DNA of 64,000 nucleotides from Carcharhinus longimanus. Lineage: Eukaryota. Positions within the stretch are counted from its first letter, which is position 1. Every line of letters starts with the position of its first letter. Shown here piece after piece: positions 62,801 through 64,000 of this stretch. The translations under genes were made by a program, and so were the position numbers. Location of the stretch: NCBI GenBank assembly GCA_030264375.1, contig JASCQW010000139.1:3765619-3829618 (forward strand), in the 5' to 3' direction. The notes beneath the pieces were generated by a model. It saw only the letters and a program-made list of their open reading frames with translations. It searched no databases and was not told the origin of the DNA.

Positions 62801-63289
62801 TAATCTGAAACACTAGTTAATTATTAACAACTGCATAATCCAAGTATAGAACGGCTGGTGCACTAAATCACTTTTTATGCACTCTCAGGATATAAGACTC
62901 CTGACCCAAGCAGAAAAAATTCCACTGTAAGAAAGATTTACTTGTAATATCAATTATTTTAATAGGTTTTCAGGAGGATTAAAGGGGCTAAAACAAAAGG
63001 AGTGCAAGTTTATTTTTTCCACACCCTCCCCAATCACTGCTGATGTGGACGTTTTAAATAACTTAAAAATGAACTTCTATATAAAGGCACAATCAATCAG
63101 GATCACCTTCATTTCCCAGTGGTTAAAATCAGCTTGAGTTTGAGCAGGAGGCCTCTACTATTAGAACAGCTGCAATGTCAGAAACATGTCCATATTCATG
63201 ACTAAACTCCTGCCAGACAATGTGGAAAGCAACAAATTAATTGAAGGAAATGAAGGCTTCTCCAATTACTCGATGATATTGGAAAAAGA

Positions 63290-64000
63290 CTTCTGTGAAG
63301 ATACCAAAATGGAGAGATTATAACAGGAAATATTGAACAGCTTGGGGCTCTTATCTCTGAAAAAGTGAAGGGATGACCAAATAGAGGTGTTAACAGGGGA
63401 GACAGAATCTCCAAAACCAGGGGCCAAAACAAAAATGTCACGAATAAATCCAAAAGGAAATTCAGGAGAAGCACTTTTACCCAGAACAGCTAGAGGGGCT
63501 GAGACTGTTTTCTTTGTAGAAAAGAAAGCTGAGTGAAGACTTGATAGCGGTATTCCAGATTCTGAGGGGTATGAACAGAGTAAATAGAGAGAAACTGTTC
63601 CCACAAGAGAGCATCAAGAACTAGAGAGCACAGATTCAAAGTAATTGAGAAAAGAGTAAAAGTGATGCAAGGAAACCCAGAGGGTGGGTGGGGTCTTGAA
63701 TGATCTTCCTGAGGGGGTGGTGGAGGCCAGTTCAATTGAGCTATTTAAAAGGGAACTGGATTGCTATCTGAAAAGAATGAACGTGCATAGTTACAGTGAA
63801 GGCAGGAGAGAGAGATCAAGTGGAGTGCTCTTTCAGAAAGCCAGCGCAGACATGATTGGCCTCCTTCTCCACTGTAAAGATTCTGAGAACGCAAAACTCT
63901 CACCCACAAGAAGATGAGACAGATAATAAACATTTAAAGGGAAATTAGATAAGTACGGGAGAGATAGGGCGAGATAGGGAGAGATGAAGTAGGATGATTG
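63290..64000 (+). mobile_element. Degenerate nested CR1 fragments
   Basis: NDLPEGVVEASSIELFKRELDCYL; RTREH-like motif. Confidence 0.7.

Noticed and set aside
29835-64000. First coding exon of FAM222B (MLACLPG...QK)
   Set aside because: Not found by eye on the - strand; it may lie beyond the window, in a gap, or have been missed.

Overview
Eukaryotic, repeat-rich vertebrate genomic DNA with many N gaps. The HE1-type SINEs and their CR1 partner LINE point to an elasmobranch, probably a shark (inference). Two convergent protein-coding genes are present. (1) On the + strand, the 3' part of a TRPV cation-channel gene: 10 exons between 3197 and 18914 splice in frame to 480 aa plus stop, covering linker, pre-S1, S1-S6, a GLGD filter, the TRP box and the C-terminus. 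It is closest to TRPV3 but clearly divergent. (2) On the - strand, the large terminal coding exon of FAM222B (28464-29800), followed by a repeat-poor stretch of about 6.6 kb that is probably its 3' UTR. Its short first coding exon was not found, so 29.8-64 kb is probably intron. The rest is SINEs of several families, CR1/L2/Rex1 LINE fragments, solo LTRs, a Harbinger-like MITE, Penelope-derived palindromic elements with hammerhead-ribozyme-like cores, and tandem repeats. The most notable observations are the channel's unusual residues and long basic tail, a GC-AG intron, a NAGNAG acceptor, the TRPV-FAM222 linkage, a 270-bp intronic inverted duplication, and one SINE head joined to two different LINE-like tails. 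No prokaryote-type system and no CRISPR array is present. Reference residue numbers are recalled, not computed.
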